From: the human T2T-CHM13v2.0 reference genome, Homo sapiens | Length of the DNA stretch: 64,000 nt | Assembly: GCF_009914755.1 (NCBI RefSeq) | Contig: NC_060933.1 | Direction: 5' to 3' (one strand) | Part shown: positions 40,190-55,099 of the stretch, piece by piece | How the letters are laid out: each line of letters starts with the position of its first letter | How positions within the stretch are numbered: position 1 is the first letter of the stretch | Translations under genes and position numbers: made by a program | Notes under the pieces: generated by a model | What the model was told of the DNA's origin: nothing | Databases searched by the model: none | What the model saw: only the letters and a program-made list of their open reading frames with translations

Positions 40190-43100
40190 CAACCCGAGTG
40201 CAATCGAATGGAATCGAATGGAATGGAATGCAATGGAATGGATTCAACTTGAATGGAATGGAAAGAATGGAATCAACACGAGTGGAATGGCATGGATTGG
40301 AATGGAATGGAATGGAATCAACCCGAGTACAGGGGAATGGAATGGAATGGAATGCAATGGAATGGAATCATCCGTAATGGAATGGAAAGGAATGGAATGG
40401 AATGGAATGGAATGGAATGGAATGGACTGGAATCAACTCGATTGCAATCGAATGGAATGGAATGGAATTAACCCGAATAGAATGGAATGGAATGGAATGG
40501 AACGGAACAGAATGGAATGGAATGGAATGGAATGGAATGGAACGGAACGGAATGGAATGGAATGGAATGGAATGGAATGGAATGGAATCAACGCGAGTGC
40601 AGGGGAATGGAATGGAATGGAATGCAATGGAATGGAATCTTCCGGAATGGAATGGAATGGATTGGAATGGAATGAAATGCAATGGATTCAACTCTATTGA
40701 AATGGAATGGAATAGAATGGAATGGAATGGAATGGAATGGAATTAATCCGAATAGAATGGAATGGTATGGAATGGAACGGAATGGAAAGGAATGGAATGG
40801 AATGGAATGGAATGGAATGGTATGGAATGGAATGGACTGGTACGGAATAGAATGGAATGGAAAGAATTGCAATGGAATGGAATTGAATGGAATGGAATGG
40901 AATGAAACGGAACGGAACGGAATGGAATGGATTGCAATGGAATGGAATGGAATGGAATGGAACGGAAAGGAATGGAATGGAATGGAATGGAATGGAATGG
41001 AATGGAATGGAATGGAATCAATGCGAGTGCAGGGGAATGGAATGGAATGGAATGCAATGGAATGGAATCTTCCGGAATGGAATGGAATGGAATGGAATGG
41101 AATGGAATGGAATGGAATCAACCGGAGTGCAATGGAATGGAGTGGAATGGAATGGAATGGAATGGAACAACCCGAATGGAATGGAATATAATGGAGAGTA
41201 AGGGAGTTGAACAGAATCAATCCGAATGTAATGGAATGGAATGGAATGGAAAGGAATTGAATGGAATGGAATGGAATGCAATGGAATGGAATCATCCCGA
41301 GTGCAATGGAATGGAGAGCAATGGAATGGAATGGAATGGAAACTACCCGAATGCAATGGAATGTAATGGAGTGTAAGTGTATTGAATAGAATCAATCCGA
41401 ATGTAATGGAAAGGAATGGAACGGAATGGAATGGAATGGAAAGGAATGGAATGGAGTGTAAGGGAATTGAATAGAATCAATCCGAATGTAATGGAATGGA
41501 ATGGAATGGAATGGAATGGAATGCAATGGAATGGATTCAACTTGAATGGAATGGAAAGAATGGAATCAACACGAGTGGAAGGGCATGGATTGGAATGCAA
41601 TGGAATGGAATCAACGCGAGTACAGGGGAATGGAATGGAATGGAATGCAATGGAATGGAATCATCCGTAATGGAATGGAAAGGAATGGAATGGAATGGAA
41701 TGGAATGGAATGGAATCAACTCGATTGCAATCGAATGGAATGGAATGGAATTAACCCGAATAGAATGGAATGGAATGGAATGGAACGGAACGGAATGGAA
41801 TGGAATGGAATAGAATGGAATGGAATGGAACGGAACGGAATGGAATGGAATGGAATGGAATGGAATGGAATGGAATGCAATGGAATGGAATCAACCCGAG
41901 TGCAATCGAATGGAATCGAATGGAATGGAATGCAATGGAATGGATTCAACTTGAATGGAATGGAAAGAATGGAATCAACACGAGTGGAATGGCATGGATT
42001 GGAATGGAATGGAATGGAATCAATCCGAGTACAGGGGAATGAAATGGAATGGAATGCAATGGAATGGAATCATCCGTAATGGAATGGAAAGGAATGGAAT
42101 GGAATGGAATGGAATGGAATCAACTCGATTGCAATCGAATGGAAAGGAATGGAATGGAATGGAATGGAAAGGAATGGAATGGAATGGAATGGAATGGAAT
42201 GGAACGGAACGGAATGGAATGGAATGGAATGGAATGGAATGGAACGGAAAGGAAGGGAATGGAATGGAATAGAATGGAATGGAATGGAATCAACGCGAGT
42301 GCAGGGGAATGGAATGGAATGGAATGCAATGGAATGGAATCTTCCGGAATGGAATGGAATGGAATGGAATGGAATGGAATCAACCCGAGTGCAATGGAAT
42401 GGAGTGGAATGGAATGGAATGGAATGGAACAACCCGAATGGAATGGAATGTAATGGAGAGTAAGGGAGATGAATAGAATCAATCCGAATGTAATGGACTG
42501 GAATGGAACGGAATGGAATGGAATGGAATGGAATGGAATGGAATGCAATGGAATGGAATCAACCCGAGTGCAATCGAATGGAATCGAATGGAATGGAATG
42601 CAATGGAATGGATTCAACTTGAATGGAATGGAAAGAATGGAATCAACACGAGTGGAATGGCATGGATTGGAATGGAATGGAATGGAATCAACCCGAGTAC
42701 AGGGGAATGGAATGGAATGGAATGCAATGGAATGGAATCATCCGTAATGGAATGGAAAGGAATGGAATGGAATGGAATGGAATGGAATGGAATGGAATCA
42801 ACACGATTGCAATAGAATGGAATGGAATGGAATTAACCCGAATAGAATGGAATGGAATGGAATGGAACGGAACGGAATGGAATGGAATGGAATGGAATGG
42901 AATGGAACGGAACGGAATGGAATGGAATGTAATGGAATGGAATGGAATGGAATCAACGCGAGTGCAGGGGAATGGAATGTAAAGGAATGCAATGGAATGG
43001 GATCTTCAGGAATTGAATGGAATGGAATGGAATGGAATCAACCCGAGTGCAATGGAATGGAGTGGAATGGAATGGAATGGAATGGAACAACCCCAATGGA

Positions 43101-44140
43101 ATCGAATGTAATGGAGAGTAAGGGAGTTGAATAGAATCAATCCGAAGGTAATGGAATGGAATGGAACGGAATGGAATTGAATGGAATGGAATGGAATGCA
43201 ATGGAATGGAATCAACCCGAGTGCAATGGAATGGAGAGGAATGGAATGGAATGGAGTGGAAACTACCCGAATGGAATGGAATGCAATGGAATGGAATCAA
43301 CGCGAGTGCAATGGAATGGAGAGAAATGTAATGGAATGGAGTGGAAACTACCCGAATGGAATGGAATGTAATGGAGTGTAAGGGAATTGAATAGAATCAA
43401 TCCGAATGTAATGGAAAGGAATGGAACGGAATGGAATGGAATGGAATGGAATGGAATGGAATGGAATGCAATGGAATGGAATCAACCCGAGTGCAATCGA
43501 ACGGAATCGAATGGAATGGAATGCAATGGAATGGAATCAACTCGATTGCAATCGAATGGAATGGAATGGAATTAACCCGAATAGAATGGAATGGAATGGA
43601 ATGGAAAGGAACGGAATGGAATGGAATGGAAAGGAATGGAATGGAATGGAACGGAACTGAACGGAATGGAATGGAATGGAATGGAATCAACGCGAGTGCA
43701 GGGGAATGGAATGGAATGGAATGCAATGGAATGGAATCTTCCGGAATGGAATGGAATGGAATGGAATGGAATGAAATGCAATGGATTCAACTCGATTGCA
43801 ATGGAATGGAATAGAATGGAATGGAATGGAATGGAATAGAATGAACCCGAATAGAATGGAATAGAATGGAATGGTATGGAATGGAATGGAATGCTACGGA
43901 ATAGAATGGAATGTATCGAATTGTAATTTAATGGAATTGAATGGAATGGAATGGAATCAACGCGAGTGCAGGGGAATGTAATGGAACGGAATGCAATGGA
44001 ATGGAATCATCCGGAATGGAATGGAATGGAATGGAATGGAATGGAATCAACCCGAGTGCAATGGAATGGAGTGGAATGGAATGGAACAACCCGAATGGAA
44101 TGGAATGTAATGGAATGTAATTGAGTTGAATAGAATCAAT
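40190..44140 (+). repeat. Dispersed, slightly diverged paralogue of 25085-27470 followed by 32640-34330
   Basis: Markers CAACTCTATT (~40689), CAATGCGAGT (~41019), ACCGGAGT (~41121) and GTAAGTGTATT (~41373) match the 3.16 kb unit. ORF pairs 32783/42623, 33316/43156 and 33547/43387 share offset 9840. TGTATCGAATTGTAATTTA occurs at ~34117 and ~43912. Confidence 0.85.
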
Positions 44141-47100
44141 CCGAATGTAATGGAATGGAATGCAACGGAATGGAATGGAATGGAATGCAATGGAATGCAA
44201 TCAACCAGAGTACAACGGAATGGAATGGAATGGAATGGAATGGAAAGGAATGCCTTCAAACGGAATGAAATGGAAAGGAATGGAATCAACACGAGTGGAA
44301 TGGAATGGAATGGAATGGAATGGAATGGAATGGAATGGAATGGAATGATACGGAATAGAATGGAATGGAACGAAATGGAATGGAATGGAATTGAATGGAA
44401 TGAAATGGAATGGAATCGTTCCGAGTGGAATAGGAGGGAATGTATTCGAGTGCAATGGAAAGGAATGGAATCAACCAGAGTGGAATTGAAGGGAATGGAA
44501 TGGAATGGAAACTAATAGAATGGAATCAACCCGAGTGGAATGGAATGGAAAGGACTGGAATGGAATGGAATGGAATGGAATCAACTCGATTGTAATGGAA
44601 TGGAATGGAATGGAATGGAATGGAATGGAATTAACCCGAATACAATGGAATGGAATGGAATGGAACGGAATGGAGTGGAATGGAATGGAATCAACCCGAG
44701 TGCAGGGGAATGGAATGGAATGGAATGCAATGGAATGGAATCATCCGGAATGGAATGGAATGGAATCGAATGCAAAGCAATGGAATCAACTCGATTGCAA
44801 TGGAATGGAATGGAATGGAAAGGAATACATTGGAATCAACCCGAGTGGAATGGAATGGAAAGGACTGGAATGGAGTGGAATGGAATGGAATGGAATGGAA
44901 TGGAATGGAATCAACTCGATTGGAATGGAATGGAATGGAAGGGAATGGAATGGAATTAACCCGAATAGAATGGAATGGAATGGAATGGAAAGAAACGGAA
45001 TGGAATGGAATGGAATGGAATGGAATGGAATGGAATGGAATGCAATCAACCCGACTGCAGGGGAATGGAATGGAATGGAATGCAATGGAATGGATTCAAC
45101 TTGAATGGAATGGAAAGAATGGAATCAACAAGAGTGGAATGGCATGGATTGGAATGGAATGGAATGGAATGAACCCGAGTACAGGGGAATGCAATGGAAT
45201 GGAATGCAATGGAATGGAATCATCCGTAATGGAATGGAAAGGAATGGAATGGAATGGAATGGAATGGAATGGAATGGAATGGAATGGAATGGAATGGAAT
45301 GGAATCAACTCGATTGCAATCGAATGGAATGGAATGGAATTAACCCGAATAGAATGGAATGGAATGGAATGGAACGGAACGGAACGGAACGGAATGGAAT
45401 GGAATGGAATGGAACGGAAAGGAATGGAATGGAATGGAATGGAATGGAATGGAATGGAATGGAATCAACGCGAGTGCAGGGGAATGTAATGGAACGGAAT
45501 GCAATGGAATGGAATCATCCGGAATGGAATGGAATGGAATGGAATGGAATGGAATGGAATCAACCCGAGTGCAATGGAATGGAGTGGAATGGAATGGAAT
45601 GGAATGGAACAACCCGAATGCAATGGAATGTAATGGAGAGTAAGGGAGTTGAATAGAATCAATCCGAATGTAATAGAATGGAATGCAACGGAATGGAATG
45701 GAATGGAATGGAATGGAATGGAATGCAATGGAATGGAATCAACCCGAGTACAATGGAATGGAATGGAATGGAATGGAATGCAACGGAATTGAATGGAATG
45801 GAATGGAATGGAATGGAATGCAATGGAATGGAATCAACCCGAGTACAATGGAATGGAATGGAATGGAATGGAATCAACTCGATTGCAATCGAATGGAATG
45901 GAATGGAATTAACCCGAATAGAATGGAATGGAATGCAATGGAACGGAACGGAATGGAATGGAATGGAATGCATTGGAATGGAACGGAACGGAAAGGAAGG
46001 AAATGGAATGGAATAGAATGGAATGGAATGGAATCAACACGAGTGGAATGGAATGGAATGGAATGGAATGGAATGGAATGGAATGGAATGATACGGAATA
46101 GAATGGAATGGAAAGAAATGGAATGGAATAGAATGGAATGGAATGGAATGGAATGGAATGGAATCGTTCCGAGTGGAATAGGAGGGAATGTATTCGAGTG
46201 GAATGGAAAGGAATGGAATCAACCAGAGTGGAATGGAAGGGAATGGAATGGAATGGAAACTAATAGAATGCAATCAACCCGAGTGGAATGGAATGGAAAG
46301 GACTGGAATGGAAAGGAATGGAATGGAATGGAATGGAATGGAATGGAATGGAATGGAATGGAATGGAATCAACGTGAGTGCAGGGGAATGGAATGGAATC
46401 GAATGGAATGGAATGGAATGGAATGGAATCAACCCGAGTGCAGGGGAATGTATTGGAACGGAATGCAATGGAATGGAATCATCCGGAATGGAATGGAATG
46501 GAATGGAATGGAATCAACCCGAGTGCAATGGAATGGAGTGGAATGGAATGGAATGGAATGGAGCAACCCGAATGGAATGGAATGTAATGGAGAGTAAGGG
46601 AGTTGAAAAGAATCAGTCCGAATGTAATGGAATGGAATGGAACGGAATGGAATGGAATGGAATGGAATGGAATGGAATGGAATGCAATGGAATGGAATCA
46701 ACCCGAGTACAATGGAATGGAATGGAATGGAATGGAATGGAATGGAATGGTATGGAATCTTCTGGAATGGAATGGAATGGAATGGAATGGAATGGAATGG
46801 AATGGAATGCAATGGATTCAACTCGATTGCAATGGAATGGAATAGAATGGAATGGAGTGGAATGGAATGGAATTAAACCGAATAGAATGGAATGGAATAG
46901 AATGGAACGGAACGGAACGGAACGGAACGGAGTGGAATGGAATGGAATGGAATTGTATGGAATGGAAAGGAATGGTACGGAATAGAATGGAATGGAAAGA
47001 ATTGGAATGGAATGGAATCGAATGGAATGGAATGGAATGGAATGGAATCAACCGAGTGCAGGGGAATGTAATGGAACGGAATGCAATGGAATGGAATCAT

Positions 47101-50100
47101 CCGGAATGGAATGGAATGGAATGGAATGGAATGGAATGGAATGGAATGGAATCAACCCGAGTGCAATGGAATGGAGTGGAATGGAATGGAATGGAATGGA
47201 ACAACCCGAATGGAATGGAATGTAATGGAGAGTAAGGGAGTTGAATAGAATCAATCCGAATGTAATGGAATGGAATGCAATGGAATGGAATGGAATGGAA
47301 TGGAATGGAATGCAATGGAATGGAATCAACCCGAGTACAATGGAATGGAATGGAATTAAATGGAATGGAATGGAGTGATACGGAATAGAATGGAATGGAA
47401 CGAAATGGAATGGAATGGAATGGAACGGATTAGAATGGAATGGAATGGAATCGTTCCGAGTGGAACAGGAGGGAATGTATTCGAGTGGAAGGGAAAGGAT
47501 TGGAATCAACCAGAGTGGAATGGAAGGGAATGGAATGGAATGGAAACTAATAGAATGGAATCAACCCGAGTGGAATGGAATGGAAAGGACTGGAATGGAA
47601 TGGAATGGAATGGAGTCAACTCGATTGTAATGGAATGGAAGGGAATGGAATGGAATGGAATGGAATTCACCCGAATACAATGGAATGGAATGGAATGGAA
47701 CGGAATGGAGTGGAATGGAATGGAATCTACCCGAGTGCAGGGGATTAGAATGGAATGGAATGCAATGGAATGGAATGATCCGGAATGGAATGGAATGGAA
47801 TGGAATGCAAAACAATGGAATCAACTCGATTGCAATGGAATGGAATGGAATGGAAAGGAATACATTGGAATCAACCCGAGTGGAATGGAATGGAAAGGAC
47901 TGGAATGGAGTGGAATGGAATGGAATGGAATGGAATGGAATGGAATCAACTCGATTGGAATGGAATGGAATGGAATGGAATGGAATGGAATGGAATTAAA
48001 CCGAATAGAATGGAGTGGAATGGAATGGAACGGAACGGAATGGAATGGAATGGAGTGGAATGGAATGGAATGGAATGGAATCAACCCGACTGCAGGGGAA
48101 TGGAATGCAATGAAATGCAATGGAATGGATTCAACTTGAATGGAATGGAAAGAATGGAATCAACACGAGTGAAATGGCATGGATTGGAATGGAATGGAAT
48201 GGAATCAACCCGAGTACAGGGGAATGGAATGGAATGGAATGCAATGGAATGGAACCATCCGTAATGGAATGGAAAGGAATGGAATGGAATGGAATGGAAT
48301 GGAATGGAATCAACTCGACTGCAATCGAATGGAATGGAATGGAATTAACCCGAATGGAATGGAATGGAATGGAATGGAATGGAACGGAACGGAACGGAAT
48401 GGATTGGAATGGAATGGAACGGAATGGAATGGAACGGAAAGGAATGGAATGGAATGGAATGGAATGGAATGGAATGGAATGGAATGGAATAAACGCGAGT
48501 GCAGGGGAATGGAATGGAATGGAATGCAATGGAATGGAATCTTCCGGAATGGAATGGAATGGAATGGAATGGAATGAACCCGAGTGCAATGGAATGGAGT
48601 GGAATGGAATGGAATGGAATGGAACAACCCGAATGGAATGGAATGTAATGGAGAGTAAGGTAGTTGAATAGAATCAATCCGAATGTAATGGAATGGAATG
48701 GAAGGGAATGGAATGGAATGGAATGGAATGGAATGGAATGGAATGGAATGGATTGCAATGGAATGGAATCAACCCGAGTGCAATCGAATGGAATCGAATG
48801 GAATGGAATGCAATGGAATGGATTCAACTTGAATGGAATGGAAAGAATGGAATCAACACGAGTGGAATGGCATGGATTGGTATAGAACGGAATGGGATCA
48901 ATCCGAGTACAGGGGAATGGAATGGAATGGAATGCAATGGAATGGAATCATCCGTAATGGAATGGAAAGGAATGGAATGGAATGGAATGGAATGGAATGG
49001 AATGGAATCAACTCGATTGCAGTCGAATGGAATGGAATGGAATTAACCCGAATAGAATGGAATGGAATGGAATGGAACGGAACGGAATGGAATGGAATGG
49101 AATGGAATGGAACGGAACGGAATGGAATGGAATGGAATGGAATGGAATGGAATGGAATCAACGCGAGTGCAGGGGAATGTAATGGAATGGAATGCAATGG
49201 AATGGAATCTTCCGGAATGGAATGGAATGGAATGGAATGGAATGAAATGCAATGGATTCAACTCGATTGCAATGGAACGGAATAGAATGGAATGGAATGG
49301 AATGGAATGGAATGGAATGGAATTAACCCGAATAGAATGGAATGGAATAGAATGGAACGGAATGGAACGGAATGGAATGGAATGGAATGCAATGGAATGG
49401 TATGGAATGGAATGGAATGGTTCGGAATAGAAAGGAATGGAACGAATTGTAATGGATTGGAATTGAATGGAATGGAATGGAATGGAATCAACCCGAGTGT
49501 AATTGAATGGAGTGGAATGGAATGGAATGGAATGGAACAACCCGAATGGAATGGAATGTAATGGAGAGTAAGGGAGTTGAATAGAATCAATCCGAATGTA
49601 ATGGAATGGAATGCAACGGAATGGAATGGAATGGAATGGAATGGAATGCAATGGAATGGAATCAACCCGAGTACAATGGAATGGAATGGAATGGAATGGA
49701 ATGGAATGGAATGGAATGGAATGGAATGCCTTCAAACCGAATGGAATGGAAAGGAATGGAATCAACACGAGTGGAATGGAATGGAATGGAATGGAATGGA
49801 ATGGAATGGAATGGATTGATATGGAATAGAATGGAATGGAACAAAATGGAATGGAATGGAATGGAATGGAAAGGAATGGAATGGAATCGTTCCGAGTGGA
49901 ATAGGAGGGAATGTATTCGAGTGGAATGGAAAGGAATGGAATCAACCAGAGTGGAATGGAAGGGAATGGAATGGAATGGAAACTAATAGAATGGAATCAA
50001 CCCGAGTGGATTGGAATGGAAAGGACTGGAATGGAAAGGAATGGAATGGAATGGAATGGAATGGAATGGAATGGAATGGAATGGAATGGAATCAACACAA

Positions 50101-52169
50101 GTGCAGGGGAATGGAATAGAATCGAATGGAATGGAATGGAATGGAATGGAATCAACCCGAGTGCAGGGGAATGTAATGGAACGGAATGCAATGTAATGGA
50201 ATCATCCGGAATGGAATGGAATGGATTGGAATGGAATGGAATGGAATGGAATGAACCCGAGTGCAATGGAATGGAGGGGAATGGAATGGAATGGAATGGA
50301 ACAACCCGAATGGAATGGAATGTAATGGAGAGTAAGGGAGTTGAATAGAATCAATCCGAATGTAATGGAATGGAACGGAATTGAATGGAATGGAATGGAA
50401 TGGAATGCAATGGAATGGATTCAACTTCAATGGAATGGAAAGAATGGAATCAACACGAGTGGAATGGCAAGGATTGGAATGGAATGGAATGGAATCAACC
50501 CGAGTACAGGGGAATGGAATGGAATGGAATGCAATGGAATGGAATCATCCGTAATGGAATGGAAAGGAATGGAATGGAATGGAATGGAATGGAATGGAAT
50601 GGAATCAACTCGATTGCAATGGAATGGAATGGAATGGAATTTACCCGAATAGAATGGAATGGAATGGAATGGAATGGAACGGAACGGAATGGAATGGAAT
50701 GGAATGGAATAGAATGGAATGGAATGGAATCAACGAGAGTGCAGGGGAATGGAATGGAATGGAATGCAATGGAATGGAATCTTCCGGAATGGAATGGAAT
50801 GGAATGGAATGGAATCCACCCGAGTGCAATGGAATGGAGTGGAATGGAATGGAATGGAATGGAACAACCCGAATGGAATGGAATGTAACGGAGAGTAAGG
50901 GAGTTGAATAGAATCAATCCGAATGTAATGGAATGGAATTGAACGGAATGGAATTGAATGGAATGGAATGGAATGCATTGGAATGGAATCAACCCGAGTG
51001 CAATGGAATGGAGAGGAATGGAATGGAATGGAATGGAAACTACCCGAATGGAATGGAATGTAATGGAGTGTAAGGGAATTGAATAGAATCAATCCGAATG
51101 TAATGGAATGGAATGGAACGGAATGGAATGGAATGGAATGGAATGGAATGGAATGGAATGGAATGCAATGGAATGGAATCAACCCGAGTGCAATCGAATG
51201 GAATCGAATGGAATGGAATGCAATGGAGTGGATTCAACTTGAATGGAATGGAAAGAATGGAATCAACACGAGTGGAAGGGCATGGATTGGAATGCAATGG
51301 AATGGAATCAACCCGAGTACAGGGGAATGGAATGGAATGCATTGCAATTGAATGGAATCATCCGTAATGGAATGGAAAGGAATGGAATGGAATGGAAAGG
51401 AATGGAATGGAATGGAACGGATTTGAATCAACACGACTGCAATAGAATGGAATGGAATGGAATTAACCCGAATAGAATGGAATGGAATGGAATGGAACGG
51501 AATGGAATGGAATGGAATGGAATGGAAAGGAATGGAATGGAAAGGAACGGAACGGAATGGAATGGAATGGAATGGAATGGAATGGAATCAACGCGAGTGC
51601 AGAGGAATGGAATGGAATGGAATGCAATGGAATGCAATCTTGCGGAATGGAATGGAATGGAATGGAATGGAATGAAATGCAATGGATTCAACACGATTGC
51701 AATGGAATGGAATAGAATGGAATGGAATGTAATGGAATGGAATTAACCCGAATTGAATGGAATGGAATGGAATGGAACGGAATGGAATGGTATGAAATGG
51801 AATGGAATGGTACGGAATAGAATGGAATGGAACGAATTGTAATGGAATGGAATTGAATGGAATGGAGTGGAATGGAATGGAATCAACGCGAGTGCAGGGG
51901 AATGTAATGGAATGGAATGCAATGGAATGGAATCATCCGGAATGGAATGGAATGGAATGGAATGGAATGGAATGGAATGGAATGGAATGGAATCAAACCG
52001 AGTGCAATGGAATGGAGTGGAATGGAATGGAATGGAATGGAACAACCAGAATGGAATGGAATATAATGGAGAGTAAGGGAATTGAATAGAATCAATCCGA
52101 ATGTAATGGAATGGAATGCAACGGAATGGAATGGAATGGAATGGAATGGAATGGAATGGAATGGAATGC

Positions 52170-53400
52170 AAAGGAATGGAATCAACCCGAGTGGAATGGC
52201 ATGGAATGGAATGCAATGGAATGGAATGGAATGGAATCAACTCGAGTGGAAAGGAAAGGAATGGAATGGAAAGGAATGGAATGAAATCAACTCGAGTGGA
52301 ATGGAATGGAATGGAATGGATTGGAATGGATTGCAATGGAATGAAATGGAATGGAATGGAATGGAATCAATCATTCCGAGTGGAATGGAAGGGAATGTAA
52401 TGGAGTGGAAAGAAGGGAATGGAATAAACCCGAGTGGAATGCAAGGCAATGGAATGTAATGGAAAGGAATGGAATGGAATCAACTCGATTGCAATGGAAT
52501 GGAATGGAATGGAATGGAATGGAATTAACCGGAATAGAATGGAATGCAATGGAATGGAACGGAATGGAATGGAATGGAAGGGAATGGAATCAACACGAGT
52601 GCAGGGGAATGGAATGGAATGGAATGCAATGGAATGGAATCATCCGGAATGGAATGGAATGGAATGAAATCAACTCCATTGCAATGGAATGGAATGGAAT
52701 GGAATGAATTAGAATGAAATGGAATTAACCCGAATAGAATGGAATGCAATAGAATGGAATTGAATGGAACCGAATGGAGTGGAATGGAATGGAATGGAAT
52801 CAACCTGAGTGCAGGGGAATGGAATGGAATGGAATGCAATGGAATGGAATCATCCGGAATGGAATGGAATGGAATGGAATGGAATCAAACCGAGTGCAAA
52901 GGAATGGAGTGAAATGGAATGGAATGGAATGGAAACAACCAGAATGGATTGGCATATAATGGAGTGTAAGGGAATTGAATAGAATCAATCTGAATGTAAT
53001 GAAATGGAATGGAACGGAATGGAATGGAATGGAATGGAATCGAATGGAATGGAATGGAATGGAATCAACCCGAGTGCAATGGAATGGATTCGAATGGAAT
53101 GGAATGGAGTGGAATGGATTCAAAACGAATGGAATGGAAAGGAATGGAATCAACCCGAGTGGAATGGCATGGAATGGAATGGAATGGAATGGAATGGAAT
53201 GGAATGGAATGTTTCGGAATAGAATGGATTGGAACAAAATGGAATGGAATGGAATTGAATGGAATGGAATGGAATGGAATGGAATGGAATCAAGTCGATT
53301 GCAATTGAATGGAATGGAATGGAATGGAACGGATTGGAATGGAATGCAATGGAATGGAATGGAATGGAATTAAATAGAATGGAATGGAATGGAATCAACC
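52170..53400 (+). repeat. Island homologous to sub-domain A segment ~5540-6780
   Basis: Same marker order at offset ~46610-46625: ATCAATCATTCCGAG 5741/52366, CAACTCCATT 6061/52671, AAACAACCAGAATGGATT 6323/52933, AACAAAATGG ~6628/53233. Confidence 0.8.
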
Positions 53401-55099
53401 CGAGTGCAGGGGAATGGAATGGAATGGAATGCAATGGAATGGAATGGAATGGAATGCAATGGAATGGAATTTAATGGAATGGAATGGAATGGAATGGAGT
53501 GGAATCAACCCGAGTGGAATGGCATGGAATGGAATGCAATGGAATGGAATGGAATTGAATCAACTCGAGTGGAAAGGAATGGAATGGAATGGAAAGGAAT
53601 GGAATGAAATCAACTCGAGTGGAATGGAATGGAATGGAATGGATTGGAATGGATTGCAATGGAATGAAATGGAATGGAATGGAATGGAATCAATCATTCC
53701 GAGTGGAATGGAAGGGAATGGAATGGAGTAGAAAGAAGGGAATGGAATCAACCCGAGTGGAATGCAAGGCAATGGAATGGAATGGAAAGGAATGGAACGG
53801 AATCAACTCGATTGCAATGGAATGGAATGGAATGGAATGGAATGGAATGGAATGGAATGGAATGGAAAGGAATGGAATGGAATGAAATGGAATGGAATGG
53901 AATGCAATGGAATGGAATCAACCCGAGTGCAATCGAATGGAATCGAATGGAGTGGAATGCAATGGAATGGATTCAACTTGAATGGAATGGAAAGAATGGA
54001 ATCAACACTAGTGGAATGGCATGGATTGGAATGGAATGGAATGGAATCAACCCGAGTACAGGGGAATGGAATGGAATGCAATGGAATGGAATCATCCGTA
54101 ATGGAATGGAAAGGAATGGAATGGAATGGAATGGAATGGAATGGAACGGAATCAACTCGATTGCAATCGAATGGAATGGAATGGAATTAACCCGAATAGA
54201 ATTGAATGGAATGGAATGGAACGCAACGGAACGGAATGGAATGGAATGGAATGGAATGGAATGGAATGGAACGGAAAGGAATGGAATGGAATGGAATGGA
54301 ATGGAATGGATTGGAATGGAATGGAATGGAATGGAATCAACGCGAGTGCAGGGGAATGGAATGTAATGGAATGCAATGGAATGGAATCTTCGGGAATGGA
54401 ATGGAATGGAATGGAATAAACCCGAGTGCAATGGAATGGAGTGGAATGGAATGGAATGGAATAGAACAACCCGAATGGAATCGAATGCAATGGAGAGTAA
54501 GGGAGTTGAATAGAATCAATCCGAATGTAATGGAATGGAATGGAACGGAATGGAATGGAATGGAATGGAATGCAATGGAATGGAATCAACCCGAGTACAA
54601 TGGAATGGAATGGAATGGAAAGGAATGGAATGGGATAGAATGGAATAGAATGGAATGGAATGGAATGGAATGGAATGGAATCAACCCGAGTGCAATGGAA
54701 TAGAGAGGAATGGAATGGAATGGAATGGAAACTACCCAAATGGAATGGAATGTAATGAAGTGTAAGGGAATTGAATAGAATCAATCCGAATGGAATGGAA
54801 TGTAATGGAACGGAATGTAATGTAATGGAATGGAATGGAATCAACCCGAGTGCAGGGGAATGGAATGGAATGGAATGCAATGGAATGGAATCATCCGGAA
54901 TGGAATGGAATGGAATGGAATGGAATGGAATCAACCCGAGTGCAATGGAATGGAGTGAAATGCAATGGAATGGAATGGAAACAACCAGAATGGATTGGAA
55001 TATAATGGAGTGTAAGGGAATTGAATAGAATCAATCTGAATGTAATGAAATGGAATGGAACGGAATGGAATGGAATGGAATGGAATGGAATGCAATGGA

